Positions 23,740-36,048 of a stretch of DNA of 64,000 nt are shown here, one piece after another. The translations under genes were made by a program, and so were the position numbers. The notes beneath the pieces were generated by a model, which was not told the DNA's origin, did no database searches, and saw only the letters and a list, made by a program, of their open reading frames with translations. How positions within the stretch are numbered: the first letter of the stretch is position 1; every line of letters starts with the position of its first letter. Source of the stretch: Neocallimastix sp. 'constans' (lineage: Eukaryota); NCBI GenBank assembly GCA_050613775.1, contig JBODTK010000010.1:1426001-1490000 (forward strand). The letters are read 5' to 3'.

Positions 23740-25138
23740 ATGGTTCCTTTCCTTTAGAAGAAATTTTGTTTAACTTCTTTTTATTTTTATTTTTTCTATT
23801 TCTTTTTCCTACATTACAGTGTCGAGCACAGTATCCTGAACTGAAAGAGATTTTCTTTGAATCATGGTAGTTAATAGGGCAATGTTTTTCAATCCATGGG
23901 AGTCCTAAAATGATATCTACATCAGGGATACGAAGAGAGTGTAATTGAATTATTTCATAATGATTCTTAAAACGAAGAATACATTTCTCGGTGATTTTCT
24001 TCACAGTAGATAAACCATAACCCAAACCAGCAACTTTAAAGGAGTTATCAATATTCATAAGTTTAATGTTGTTTACTCTAGCAAATTCTGGATGTATACA
24101 GTTAATATCAGAGCCGGAATCAATGAGAACCTTTGCTTTAACCTCATCGGATTCATTTGTTTTAATATAAAAATCAAGTATGTTAGTCTTTCCTTTAAAA
24201 TTTATATTCTCATTTTCAACAATATCCAAAACTTTGTAGATATTATCATACTTTTCAACTTTCTTAATTCTCCTAACAGAAGAAGAGGTAGATATAGAAG
24301 TGGCAGAAGAAGAGGGATCTTCATTTGGAACTTTATTAATCATTTTGAAGTTTTTTGGTTTTATTCTATTTGGACAATTAAATTGCATGTGTCCAGCTTC
24401 ACCACATTTAAAACATAGTCTCTTCTTTCTTCTTTCTTCAATATTTGATTTGTTTTCAATGTAGTTCTTGTTGTGTGATGGGAAATATCTTGTGACTTTT
24501 TGACCTTTTTTAATGCGATAAAGATCCACATCCATTGGATCGTCTTGATTATAATTTCTACGGTCTTGATGAATTAAGTAATATTCTTGGATGTCGTTTC
24601 TCTTGGTAAGGCTTTCTATATTCACAGATTCCCTAAATAGCTGCTCTAAGTTGTTGGGATTTGGATTTACGAGAGCTAAACGTTCTCTCATCTTGGGATG
24701 GAGTCCTTTAATATACATAAAGATTTTTGCGGACTCATTAAAGTTCGAGTATTGGCTTATCTTCTGGAATGCAGTGATGTATTCCATAACGTGGCCATAC
24801 TTGAACTGACGAATATTGTTAAGTTTCCCATTAGCGACAGCAGCATCAACGTCAGGGTCGCCAAAGTTTCTTCTTAGTTCATTAATGAAGTTCTCATAGT
24901 TTCTAAGAACTTCGTTATTATTCCTCCGTAAGCAAGAAGCCCAGTTAAGTGCTCTTCCAGTAAAATATGAGATAACGAACATGACCTTCCTTCTATCATC
25001 GGGGAACCTTCGTGGATTTGCCTCGATAGCTAACTCTATCCTTGTCAAAAATCCATCGAGGTCCTTCGTAGCTCCCGAGAATAAGGGAGGGTCGTTGATG
25101 ATCTTCAGTTGAGGAGCTGGATTAAGTTGTTGTTCCAT
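23705..25138 (-). CDS. gag: Gag-protease (element 3)
   Basis: Likely ATG at 25138 (MEQQLNP); FTGRALNWA, PMDVD, CFKCGEAGHMQFNC knuckle, LIDSGS and IILGLPW protease motifs. Confidence 0.9.
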   Translation of the reverse strand: MEQQLNPAPQLKIINDPPLFSGATKDLDGFLTRIELAIEANPRRFPDDRRKVMFVISYFTGRALNWASCLRRNNNEVLRNYENFINELRRNFGDPDVDAAVANGKLNNIRQFKYGHVMEYITAFQKISQYSNFNESAKIFMYIKGLHPKMRERLALVNPNPNNLEQLFRESVNIESLTKRNDIQEYYLIHQDRRNYNQDDPMDVDLYRIKKGQKVTRYFPSHNKNYIENKSNIEERRKKRLCFKCGEAGHMQFNCPNRIKPKNFKMINKVPNEDPSSSATSISTSSSVRRIKKVEKYDNIYKVLDIVENENINFKGKTNILDFYIKTNESDEVKAKVLIDSGSDINCIHPEFARVNNIKLMNIDNSFKVAGLGYGLSTVKKITEKCILRFKNHYEIIQLHSLRIPDVDIILGLPWIEKHCPINYHDSKKISFSSGYCARHCNVGKRNRKNKNKKKLNKISSKGKEPYGRTFLNKGKN

Positions 25139-25521
25139 TTGATCCTCAAGATTTAAATTTTGAAATATAAGATCCAATTCTTCCAACTTGATTAATTTAT
25201 TTGTATACTTAGATTTCAACTAATATTTTATTTATTTTCTGACCTGCTTATTTATTAAGGTATTTACTTATATAATTTATTTTATTTATTCTAAATTATT
25301 TTCGTTCTAGTAATTAATTATTATTATATTAATATTATATTATTATTCATAAAGTCGTCAGCACGATATCCAATTGTAATGGTGTGCGACGAGTAAACGA
25401 AACAAATATAATATAATATAATAATATTAACTAATATGTTATTAAAGAGCCACAGTAGAAATAAAACACCTTGAAGATAAAGCGCAAAAGACAACACAGT
25501 AACGATAAACACGGTATGGAT

Positions 25522-25775
25522 CAAACACAGTAGAAACCAAACACAGTAGAAACCAAAAACAGTAGAAACCAAACACAGTAGAAACCAAAAACAGTAGAAA
25601 CCAAAAACAGTAGAAACCAAAAACAGTAGAAACCAAAAACAGTAGAAACCAAAAACAGTAGAAACCAAACACAGTAGAAACCAAAAACAGTAGAAACCAA
25701 ACACAGTAGAAACCAAACACAGTAGAAACCAAACACAGTAGAAACCAAACACAGTAGAAACCAAACACAGTAGAA
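25522..25775. repeat. 16-bp tandem repeat CAAA(C/A)ACAGTAGAAAC, ~16 copies, in the 5' leader of element 3
   Basis: Read directly; no spacers between units. Confidence 0.95.
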
Positions 25776-26477
25776 GAATCCAAACGCAATAGTAGTTTTT
25801 ACTTGTTATAACGTGTTTTTTGTTTAAATCTTAGTGGGTATTAGTTATTGTAATGAATCCGTCAATAAAAAAAACAGATTATAACAATAAAAAAAACACT
25901 ACAATTTAAACAAATAAAATTAAAGTAATTTCTTTTATTAATAAATTCTTTTATTAATTATAAACTTCTTTTATGTTATTAACTGTAAAATAGTTAATAA
26001 CTAATACATCGATTAAATTAAGAAAAATTACATGTATTTATATTTTTTCTTATTACAATATTAATATATGATGTTATTTAATAATATATATAAAACTATT
26101 TATTTATAAACAAAAGATTTTTTAATTAATAATTTTTTATTATTTATTAATTTACTAAAACTAAAATTAATTTTTTAAACTCTTTATTTTATTTATTATT
26201 TTAATACTTATAATAATTTTAATTATATATTTAATATTGAAAAACTATTTTTATAAATATTAACTATTTAAGATTATTCCTAAATTAATATTTAACTATT
26301 TAAAACTAAACTAAATTAACTAAACTAATTAAAAAATATTTTCAATTAAAAAAATAATTAAATTTTATTTCAATAAATTTTATATAAAAAAAATAATTCA
26401 TATACATTAAATAAATTAATTGTACGAAAAATTAAGCTATTTAATGTATTAAAGATTTATTAAATCTTTACAGATAA

Positions 26478-26746
26478 GAAGATTAGTTAATGAAATATTT
26501 AACAAAAACATTAGAATTAATATTAGAATAGATAATAAACCATGTAAGGATATAGCTGAAAATGAAAACCAAAAGGGACGATGCAAATATATGGATATAA
26601 AATACAAATATGTTCAAGATGAAATTATGAAAAATGAAATTAAATTAACACTCATTGGTTCTAACTCAATGATGGCAGATCCATTAACCAAAAGTATTTC
26701 TGGACCCAAGCTTAAATATTTCTCAGACTTCATCATGGAAATGTAG
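26478..26746 (+). pseudogene. C-terminal RNase H portion of the Copia pol
   Basis: Removing element 3 restores AIWIRRLVNE...IDNKP...KYMDIKYKYVQD...MADPLTK...stop TAG at 26744-26746. Confidence 0.92.
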
Positions 26747-27579
26747 AAAATGCCAATGTAGGGGGAATGTTAAATATCACAGTTATGTGTTTAATTACAT
26801 TGTACATTATACTACATTATTAAGTGTAAAATATATTTTTATTCGATAATATAATGCAGTGTAACGTTAAATGTTACCAATAATGTTAGACTAGAAAATA
26901 AATATAAATAACATGTAATAACATATTCATAAATGAATAAGGTCTTTCTAAATGTAAAAGCAATAAATAAATAAATAAATAAATACATAATAAAATATAA
27001 ATATCATTTCTGAATTTAAGTGTTATATTTAACAAAAATAATGATTTAATATAAGTAATAATTAGAACTAACCATATTTTTTTTTACATTAAATATTAAC
27101 TAACGAATTGATAATATTTGAAAAAAGAACATATTTATTATATTATATTTTAGAATATTATTAATAAAATATTGTTATTAATAATTGTTTGTAGTTTATT
27201 TATAATTTTGTTTATTATTTTATCTTTTATTTATTTTTATTATTATTAAGGCTTTATTTTAGAGAAATAACTAAAATCAATAAAATAGACTTATGGCTAC
27301 AATTTAAGTATAATTTATAATATAGATTTATTATGCCAAAGCTTTTCAATTTTAAGTTGCTATCGAGATACTTTTTAATTTAAATTTTAATTAAGATAAA
27401 ATTTTATTATAATTTTTCCTAAAAGTATAATTTTGTAGAAGAGTTCAATATAATTTTATTTAATGTTTACGGTTGGGTATCTATTTAATAAATGGAATAA
27501 ACATTGGATTAGGTTAGTATGATTAAGTTTACAAAGTATTGATTTATTATTTCATTATAATTTTTTGATATTTCAAGCA

Positions 27580-27672
27580 GCTCGTGTAGCCTAGAGGTTT
27601 AAGGCGTCGTGCTTATAAGGGAGTACCTCTTATGCAACGCGAAGATCGCGGGTTCGACCCCCGCCATGAGCA
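27580..27672 (+). tRNA. tRNA-Ile(UAU) with intron, copy 2
   Basis: Identical to 12861-12953. Confidence 0.95.
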
Positions 27673-29681
27673 AAATAAATTTTACTTTTTGTTTTATATT
27701 TATTATTTTTTTTAATTTATTTATTATATATAATTCATATATATATATATATATAATTATTAAATAATTTTAAAATTTATATGTTTTTTTTTTTTTTTTT
27801 TTTTTAATAATTATTTTAATTTGTTTTTATTAATAAAATTTTAATTAATTATAAAGTTAAAATACGTATATATATATATTTTTTATTATATATATATAAT
27901 ATTAATAAGTATTGTATATAAATATAAGATGCTTAAATAAATCCATAGTAAATATGTTAAATATTATTATAAAATAAATATATAATTATATCAATAAATT
28001 TTGTAATAATAATAATAATAAACTTAATAAATTTATGGGATTTAATACTATTTATGTTATTACCTTCATTTATATCATTAATATTTCATATTTATACCTT
28101 ATATGAAATATAATAAATATAAAATAAAATAAAAATAATATAAAATATATAAATAATTTCAAACTAAATAGAAATACAATTTTACTTATTAATATTCTCA
28201 GAATTATTTAATAAGAATTTATATTAATTTTTAATCATTTAAGTAAATATTGTTTATCAATAATATTAATTATTTAAAATGTAACTAACGGAAATTGAGA
28301 ATTCGATTCAGTTATATTTTTGATATTTATTGTTAAAACTTTAAGGCAATTTGGTTTTGACGATTAGGTCACGATATTAAATTATTTTAATATAAAATTA
28401 TTATTGGATAATAATTAATTTTTAGGGATTAGAATTTTAAAATTAATATTAAATAAATATTAATTAAAAAAATTAATATATATTACTATAATTTGGCATC
28501 TTGATCTAATCTTTATAGCCATATTTATTCCAAAGTTTTAACATATATACAATAAAAATTAACTATTAAAACTAAATATATATAAAACGTTTCAATATTG
28601 ATACAAAGGATCTTTTATCTTAATCTAATATAGAATTAAAAGTGATAATAGACTATATCAAAATAAAAAGAAAAATGTATAAATAATACAAAAATTTAAT
28701 AATATTTTATTATAACAAATTTGTTTTATTATAATTTTTTATTTATTATAATTTTTATTTTTTTATTTATTTATTTATTTATTTATTTATTAATGATTTA
28801 ATTTTATATTAAATTAATAATAAAAATTTAAATATGTTTATTAAATCAAAATTAAATATAAATACTAATTTAAATAATATGAAGAATTAATTTTATATAT
28901 CAATTATAAAATTTATTAACGAAAAATAATTGAATAAAGAAAATTTTTACATCTATTTAGTTTTTTTCACAAGAATTATATAAATTTATATTATATATGA
29001 TAAAAGAAATAAAAAGAAATAAAAAGAAATAAAAAGACTTAAAAGAAATAAAAGAAGATCATTTGTTTACAAGTTTAATATTTACAATATTATTTTAAAT
29101 TTTATTTACAAGTTTATTTAATATAGAAAGTTATTGTTAAAGTAATGATTTAATATAAGAAATAATTAGAACTAAACATATTTTTTTTCATTAAATATTA
29201 ATTAACGAATTGATAATATTTGAAAAAAGAATATATTTATTATATTATATTTTAGAATATTATTAATAAAATATTGTTATTAATAATTGTTGCTAGTTTA
29301 TTTATAATTTTGTTTATTATTTTATCTGTTATTTATTTCTATTATTATTAAAGTTTTATTTTAGAGAAATAACTAGAATCAATAAAATAGACTTATGGCT
29401 ACAATTTAAGTATAATTTGTAATATAGATTTATTATGACAAAGCTTTTCAATTTTAAGTTGCTATCGAGATACTTTTTAAATTAAATTTTAATTAAGATA
29501 AAATTTTATTATAATTTTTCCTAAAAGTATAATTTTGTAGAAGAGTTCAATATAATTTTATTTAAAGTTTACGGTTGGGTATCTATTTAATAAATAGAAT
29601 AATCATTGGATTAGGTTAGTATGATTAAATTTACAAAGTATTGATTTATTATTTCATTATAATTTTTTGATATTTCAAGCA

Positions 29682-29774
29682 GCTCGTGTAGCCTAGAGGT
29701 TTAAGGCGTCGTGCTTATAAGGGAGTACCTCTTATGCAACGCGAAGATCGCGGGTTCGACCCCCGCCATGAGCA
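29682..29774 (+). tRNA. tRNA-Ile(UAU) with intron, copy 3
   Basis: Identical to 12861-12953. Confidence 0.95.
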
Positions 29775-30790
29775 ATATAAATTTTACTTTTTATTTTATT
29801 TATTTTTAATAATTCATATATATATATATAATTATTAAATAATTTTAAAATTTATATGTTTAGTTTTTTTTTTTTTTATAATAATTATTTTTATTTGTTT
29901 TTATTAATGAAATTTTAATTAATTATAAAGTTAAAATAAATATATATATATATATATTTTTTATTATATATATATTAATAAGTATTGTATATAAATATAA
30001 GATGCTTAAATCAATCCATATTAAATTTGTTAAATATTATTATAAAATAAATATATAATTATATCAATACATTTTATAATAATAATAATAAATTTAATAA
30101 ATTTATGGGATTTAATACTATTTATGGTATTACCTTCATTTATATCATTAATATTTCATATTTATACCTTATATAAAATATAATAAATATAAAAAAAAAA
30201 AACAAGATAAAATAAAACAAAATCAAATAGTGTAGTATTATGAAGTACGTAAATTATTAATAAAAATAAAATAAACTAAAATTAAGAAATTAAATATATT
30301 AAATAATAAATAAATATACCAATAAAAGAAAAATAAGTAATAAAATAGTGGTGATTTTTATAATGAATATATAAAAATCAATATAGATAATTAAATATCA
30401 AATATAAAATATAATAATTCTAATATATATATCTACATCGAAACATTATTATTTTATTATATTTATATCGAGAAGTGAAAAAATTTCCCCTTTTGATATA
30501 CACACAACATTTTTTAAAAAAAAAAAAAAATCAATTTTTATTTTTTTATTTTTATTTTTAATTTTTTTATTTTTTTATTTTTTTATTTTTTCTATTTTTT
30601 TCTTTTTTTTATCTCAGAACATTCTATTTTGATTATTAACTTTTAAAATATTTTTTTTTTTATTATCTTATTTTCTAATTTTCTATATTTAATTTTATTA
30701 AATAAATATATTATAAATTTCTCAAAAATAATTTTTAAATAAGAATTACTATTTCATTTTATATTATTACTATTTTTATCTAAAATTAAA

Positions 30791-31252
30791 TTAATAAGAG
30801 TAAAGAGTGTAAGCAGTGTCGTATTCTAAAGCGAAGTGACAGTCTTGTGGAGTCCAGACGTCGAAACGTTGCTTACCACCTTCGTATTTGTTAGCACCAG
30901 CGGTAACACCACATTCTCTGTTGAAAAGGTTATCAGTTTCATACCATTCATTAGTGGCTTCATCATATTTGGATAAAACAGACTTATTGAATTGAGACCA
31001 TCCTCTCATGTTGCAGTTTTCAAGACCGATAACATTGGTAATTGGGATTTCAATGTGATAAACATCTTCATCTTGTCTGTAGTACATACATTTGACATGA
31101 TTATCAGAATCATTGTATAAACAGTTGTAAGCTTCAGTTTTTTCACCATTACAGCTACTGAAATTTAATTTGGTATCCTTAGCAAAGTATAAATTGGCAG
31201 AAGCGGTAGCAAAAGCCATAGCAGTACAGCATAAAAAGTTGAAGAATTTCAT
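30791..31252 (-). CDS. Small secreted cysteine-rich protein of unknown function, copy A (153 aa)
   Basis: Signal peptide MKFFNFLCCTAMAFATASA; 6 Cys in the mature part; GC-richer than its flanks; conserved in 4 copies. Confidence 0.88.
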   Translation of the reverse strand: MKFFNFLCCTAMAFATASANLYFAKDTKLNFSSCNGEKTEAYNCLYNDSDNHVKCMYYRQDEDVYHIEIPITNVIGLENCNMRGWSQFNKSVLSKYDEATNEWYETDNLFNRECGVTAGANKYEGGKQRFDVWTPQDCHFALEYDTAYTLYSY

Positions 31253-31359
31253 TTTTAATTATTATTATTATTATTTATTTTTGAATGTATAATTTAAATA
31301 CTAATATTATATATATATATTTTTTTTTAAAAAAAAAAGAAAATTATTGTTAATTTATA

Positions 31360-31403
<44 letters not shown>

Positions 31404-31691
31404 CATTAAGTTTCAAAAATTTTCATAGATAAAAGTAAATTATTTTAATTATTAAGTTTTTTATTAATAATATTATTTAATAAATAAATAAATAAATAAG
31501 TAAATAAATAAATAAGTAAATAAATAAATAAATAAATAATTTTTTTTTATATTTTTTTTTTAAAAAAAAAAAAAAATTAATTTTTATATTATTAAATAAA
31601 ATTTTTGCTATTGTTTAAAAGATGATCAACTTTTCCATTTAATCTATTTTAGAAAAAAGAAAATTATAAAATAAAATAAAATAAAATAAAA

Positions 31692-31730
<39 letters not shown>

Positions 31731-32097
31731 ATTAAAAATTGGTGGATGGTTACATAAATTACATAAAATAATATATTATTTTATAATAAAATAAAATTAA
31801 TAATTATAATTAATATAAAAATAAAAAGTTAAAAGTAAAAGTCAATAAAAAATTGAAATGTGAATAAGACATTTACTGTAGTTACAGACTAATACTTTTT
31901 ATAATTATATGTAAGCTATTATAAAACTTTTTATTAAATAATAAAAATAAAACTTTTACATTTAAAAGTTAATATCAATTTAACTAAATGATAAAGAAAT
32001 TTGAAATCATTTTTAATCATTATTACTTACATTTACCTAAATGACTAATTATATTATTATTGATATTAATTATAATTAATAAATTATTCAACATTAA

Positions 32098-32132
<35 letters not shown>

Positions 32133-34517
32133 TAAAAACATATGTCAAACTTTTTTTTTTAATATATGACTATTACATTAATATTATATATATATATATT
32201 AAATATTAATAATACATAATAAATAATAAATAATAAATAAAATAATAAATAATAAATAATTGAATAATAAATAATAAATAATTGAATAATAATAAAAAGA
32301 GCATTTATTAATAAATAATTAAATAATAAAAAGAGTATTTATTAATAAATAATTAAATAATAAAAAGAGTATTTATTAATAAATAATAAATAATAATTGA
32401 ATAATAAATAATAAATAATAAATAATAAATAATAAATAATAAATAATAAAAAATAAATAAAGAGTATTTATTAATAAATAATAAATAATAAAAAATAAAT
32501 AAAGAGTATTTATTAATAAATAATAAATAATAAAAAATAAATAAAGAGTATTTATTAATAAATAATAAATAATAAAAAATAAAAAGAGTATTTATTAATA
32601 AATAATAAATAATAAATAATAAGAAGAGTATTTATTAATAAATAATAAATAATAATTGAATAATAAATAATAAATAATAAATAATAAATAATAAATAATA
32701 AAAAAGAGTATTTATTAATAAATAATAAATAATAAATAATAAATAATTCAATAATTAAATAATAAATTATAATTAATTGAATAATAAATAATTAATAATA
32801 AATGAATAGAATAACATTATGAAATAAAGCTGCTAATAATTGATATTAATTTAAACAATATTAAAAATGAATTTTTTATTATATAAATTAATAATAAGAA
32901 AATATTCAACTATGAATTTTTTTTTTTTTTTACGCTTTCTTTCTAGTTTCAGTGAACTTATTCAAATTAATATCTCTTTCAGAGAATAAAAAAAAATAAA
33001 GAATACCCTTTAAATTTACAATTATCCTATTTTAAAAATTACTTTATATTTAATGGCAATTTTTTTTCTTTTAAATTTATTTAAAGGAGATATATTTTCT
33101 TCCTTTTTCTAAAATATTTCCTATGTTTAATATTTTACATATTTAAACAATTAACTAAAGAATAATATATAACTTAATAATTGTGTTAAGTCATATATTG
33201 TAATTAATTTATATAATATATATAAAAAAATAATAATAATAGAAAATAATTAATAAGGATTAATAAATATGTATTATATTCTTATAATAAATAATTTTCT
33301 TATTTCATTTTTTAGACTTTTTAATTTTTCAAATAAAATGCTAAAATTATATTTATTTTTTTAGGATGTATATCTCTATTTAATTATTTATTAATAATAT
33401 AAAAAAAAAATTTTAAAAATAAAATTAAAATTTTATTAGAAATTAATAATTTAATTTTTTTTTTTTTTTCATTTTTGAATTCTTTTAAAATTTTTTAATC
33501 CTTTTTTTTAAGCCTTTCCTTATGTCTCTTTTCCACAATTTCCTTTTTTTTATTTTCTTTTTTTTAGCTTTTATTTCTATATTAAATTAATATATTTAAA
33601 TTACTTTGTGCAACCTTAACTGGTTATTTCATTTCATTTTAGATTATTAAAAATTAAAAAAAAATTTATTTATTTATTTATTTTTAAATTTTGTGTTACA
33701 TAAAATCAATAATTAATTTCATAAATGGATAATCTTTTTTTTTTTTTTTTAATTTTTTTTTTTAATTTTTTTTTATTTGTAGATTTTTTAAATTAATTTT
33801 TTTGTTATTAAACAAATTATTACCGTTTATAAAATATTCTGCTTATACTTTCATATTCTGTAACATTCTATCTTGCTATTCTGATTCTGTAACTAATGAA
33901 ACTCTTTGGTTTAATAATATCATTATTTTTAAATTTTATTAATAATAAATAAAAATTGAAATAAATGACCACAAACATTTGCTACAATTAAATAAAGCTT
34001 TATATTTAAAATAAAAACTTTTTTTTATCTTCATTTTTTTGTTATTCAAAAAAATTAATATATAATAATGTTGAAAGTAAATAAATAAATAAATAAATAA
34101 AAAGAACTCCACTTTTTTTCTATTTATAATTATAATTATTCTATTGCTATTGTTCATAAAATTTTGACAAAATTTAATAAGGATTGATTAAAAAAAAGAA
34201 AAAATAAAAAAATTTTTTTATATTTTACTCCTTTTTTTTTTATTATTTTTTAATTTTTTATTTTTTTTTATTTAATTTAATTTATTTTAATTTATTTTAA
34301 TTTAATATTTTTTATTTCATTTTTTATTTTTATTTTTATTTTTTTTAATTTTTATTTTTCTTTACCACTTTATCAATTATATTTTTTTTAATAGAAAATT
34401 ATTTTTGTTAATAAAATAAATATAAAAAATATAATAAATAAAAAAAAATTTTTTTTTAAAAAAAAAGCTTACTTCATAGGTTTTTTTTTGGTACCTACAA
34501 TTTAAATAAAATAAATA

Positions 34518-35077
34518 ATAAATAATTAAATAATTGAATAATAAATAATAAATATAAATAATAAATAATAAATAATAAATAATAAATAATAAATAATAAA
34601 TAATAAATAATAAATAATAAATAATAAATAATAAATAATTAAACAATTGAATAATAAATAATAAATAATAAATAATAAATAATAAATAATAAATAATAAA
34701 TAATAAATAATAAATAATAAATAATAAATAATAAATAATAAATAATAAATAATAAATAATAAATAATAAATAATAAATAATAAATAATTAAACAATTGAA
34801 TAATTGAATAATGAATAATGAATAATAAATAATAAATAATTAATAATTGAATAATTGAATAATAAATAATAAATAATAAATAATAAATAATAAATAATAA
34901 ATAATAAATAATAAATAATAAATAATAAATAATAAATAATAAATAATAAATAATAAATAATTGAATAATAAATAATAAATAATAAATAATAAATAATAAA
35001 TAATAAATAATAAATAATAAATAATAAATAATAAATAATAAATAATAAATAATAAATAATAAATAATAAATAATAAT
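34518..35077. repeat. (AATAAAT)n heptamer satellite; also ~39776-40335, ~45035-45537, ~47760-48170, with composite arrays at ~32213-32810, ~37471-38068, ~42729-43325
   Basis: Read directly; source of the spurious YYLLFII ORFs. Confidence 0.9.
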
Positions 35078-35806
35078 ATAAATTAGAATAGTGTTTCAAA
35101 TATGTATAACATATTATGAAATACATAATACTTTTTTTTTTTTTTTTTTAGTTATTTAATTATATAATTATATATATTATTAAATTTTTATATTTTATTT
35201 AATAAATTGAATATTTCTTATTCTAGTAATTTTTTTTTTTATTTTTATTTTTTAATGAATACAAATTTGACTAATCATAATTAAAAAGTATATGATTAGA
35301 GATTATTAATATATATCTATATCTATATCAAATATATTAAAAAATAAAAAAAAAAAAATTTTTATATTAGTTGAAGGCCATGTTTTAAACACGCATAGTT
35401 GAGTTAGTTTCTTTTTTTTTTTTTATTTTTTTTTTTTTTGTTTATTTTAGTATATTAAATTATTTTTATCTCAGAAAGATCATGGTCTTAAATATTAATA
35501 AGCCTAAAAGAAATAATATTTATTTCTATAATTATTAAAGCAATATAAAATATTTTTAATATTAAAATTTAATTATTGTTTTTACGTGATAATATTTCTT
35601 ATATTTTAATAGATAGTAATGATTTATAATATTGAAAAAATTTTAATGAATTTACACTCATAATAAAAATAAACAATAAGTAATATTAATATTAATATTA
35701 AAATAAATATATAAATTTTCTTTTTAATGTAAATTTTATTAATAATTTATTTGATTATTTTTTAAATAAATATATATATATATAAATTCTCTATAAATTA
35801 TAAATG

Positions 35807-35849
<43 letters not shown>

Positions 35850-36048
35850 CATTTGGATATTTTCTAATAAATAAAACTTTTTTTTTTTAGTAAGATACTA
35901 TATTTTTCTTAAACTACTTTTTTTTTTTTACATATCTTTCTATTATAATTATTGTTTTTCTTTTTTTTCTTTTATTATAATCATTTTTATTTATTTATTT
36001 AAATAAAAAATAACTTTTTTAAACATTGTTCATTGTTTAAAAATCAAT

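Larger units (their letters stand above)
19644..26472 (-). mobile_element. Tf1/sushi-like chromovirus LTR retrotransposon (element 3), nested in the Copia RNase H
   Basis: 624-bp LTRs at 19644-20267 and 25849-26472 (TGTAA...TTACA, 1 mismatch seen); TSD GATAA; PPT AAAGGGCGAGAT next to 20268. Confidence 0.96.
14411..27034 (+). mobile_element. Ty1/Copia LTR retrotransposon, degenerate, with a nested Gypsy insertion
   Basis: 267-bp LTRs at 14411-14677 and 26768-27034 (TGTTAA...TTAACA, ~4 mismatches); TSD AAAAT; PPT AGGGGGAA at 26760-26767; empty site visible in the next repeat unit near 29135-29150. Confidence 0.95.
12851..30192 (+). repeat. Tandem ~2.1-kb repeat, one tRNA-Ile gene per unit; unit 1 is interrupted by the Copia element and unit 3 is truncated
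   Basis: tRNA spacing 27580 to 29682 = 2102 bp; 12861-14410 plus 27040-27579 aligns with 27580-29681. Confidence 0.88.

Noticed and set aside
15338..24809. Short antisense or overlapping ORFs inside the Copia and element 3
   Set aside because: Shadow ORFs of pol genes, mostly with non-ATG starts and no motifs.
25522..25775. CRISPR-like array, and ORFs 25324-25764, 25442-25789, 25521-25748
   Set aside because: Units are head-to-tail with no unique spacers and no cas genes; the ORFs are translations of the 16-bp repeat.
30791..31252. Dockerin (CBM10) or CAZyme assignment for the secreted protein
   Set aside because: No YxCC or WGxENxxWC dockerin signature and no recognisable catalytic motif.
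34518..35077. Telomeric repeat interpretation of (AATAAAT)n
   Set aside because: Interstitial, lacks G-rich strand character, and recurs in every array unit.
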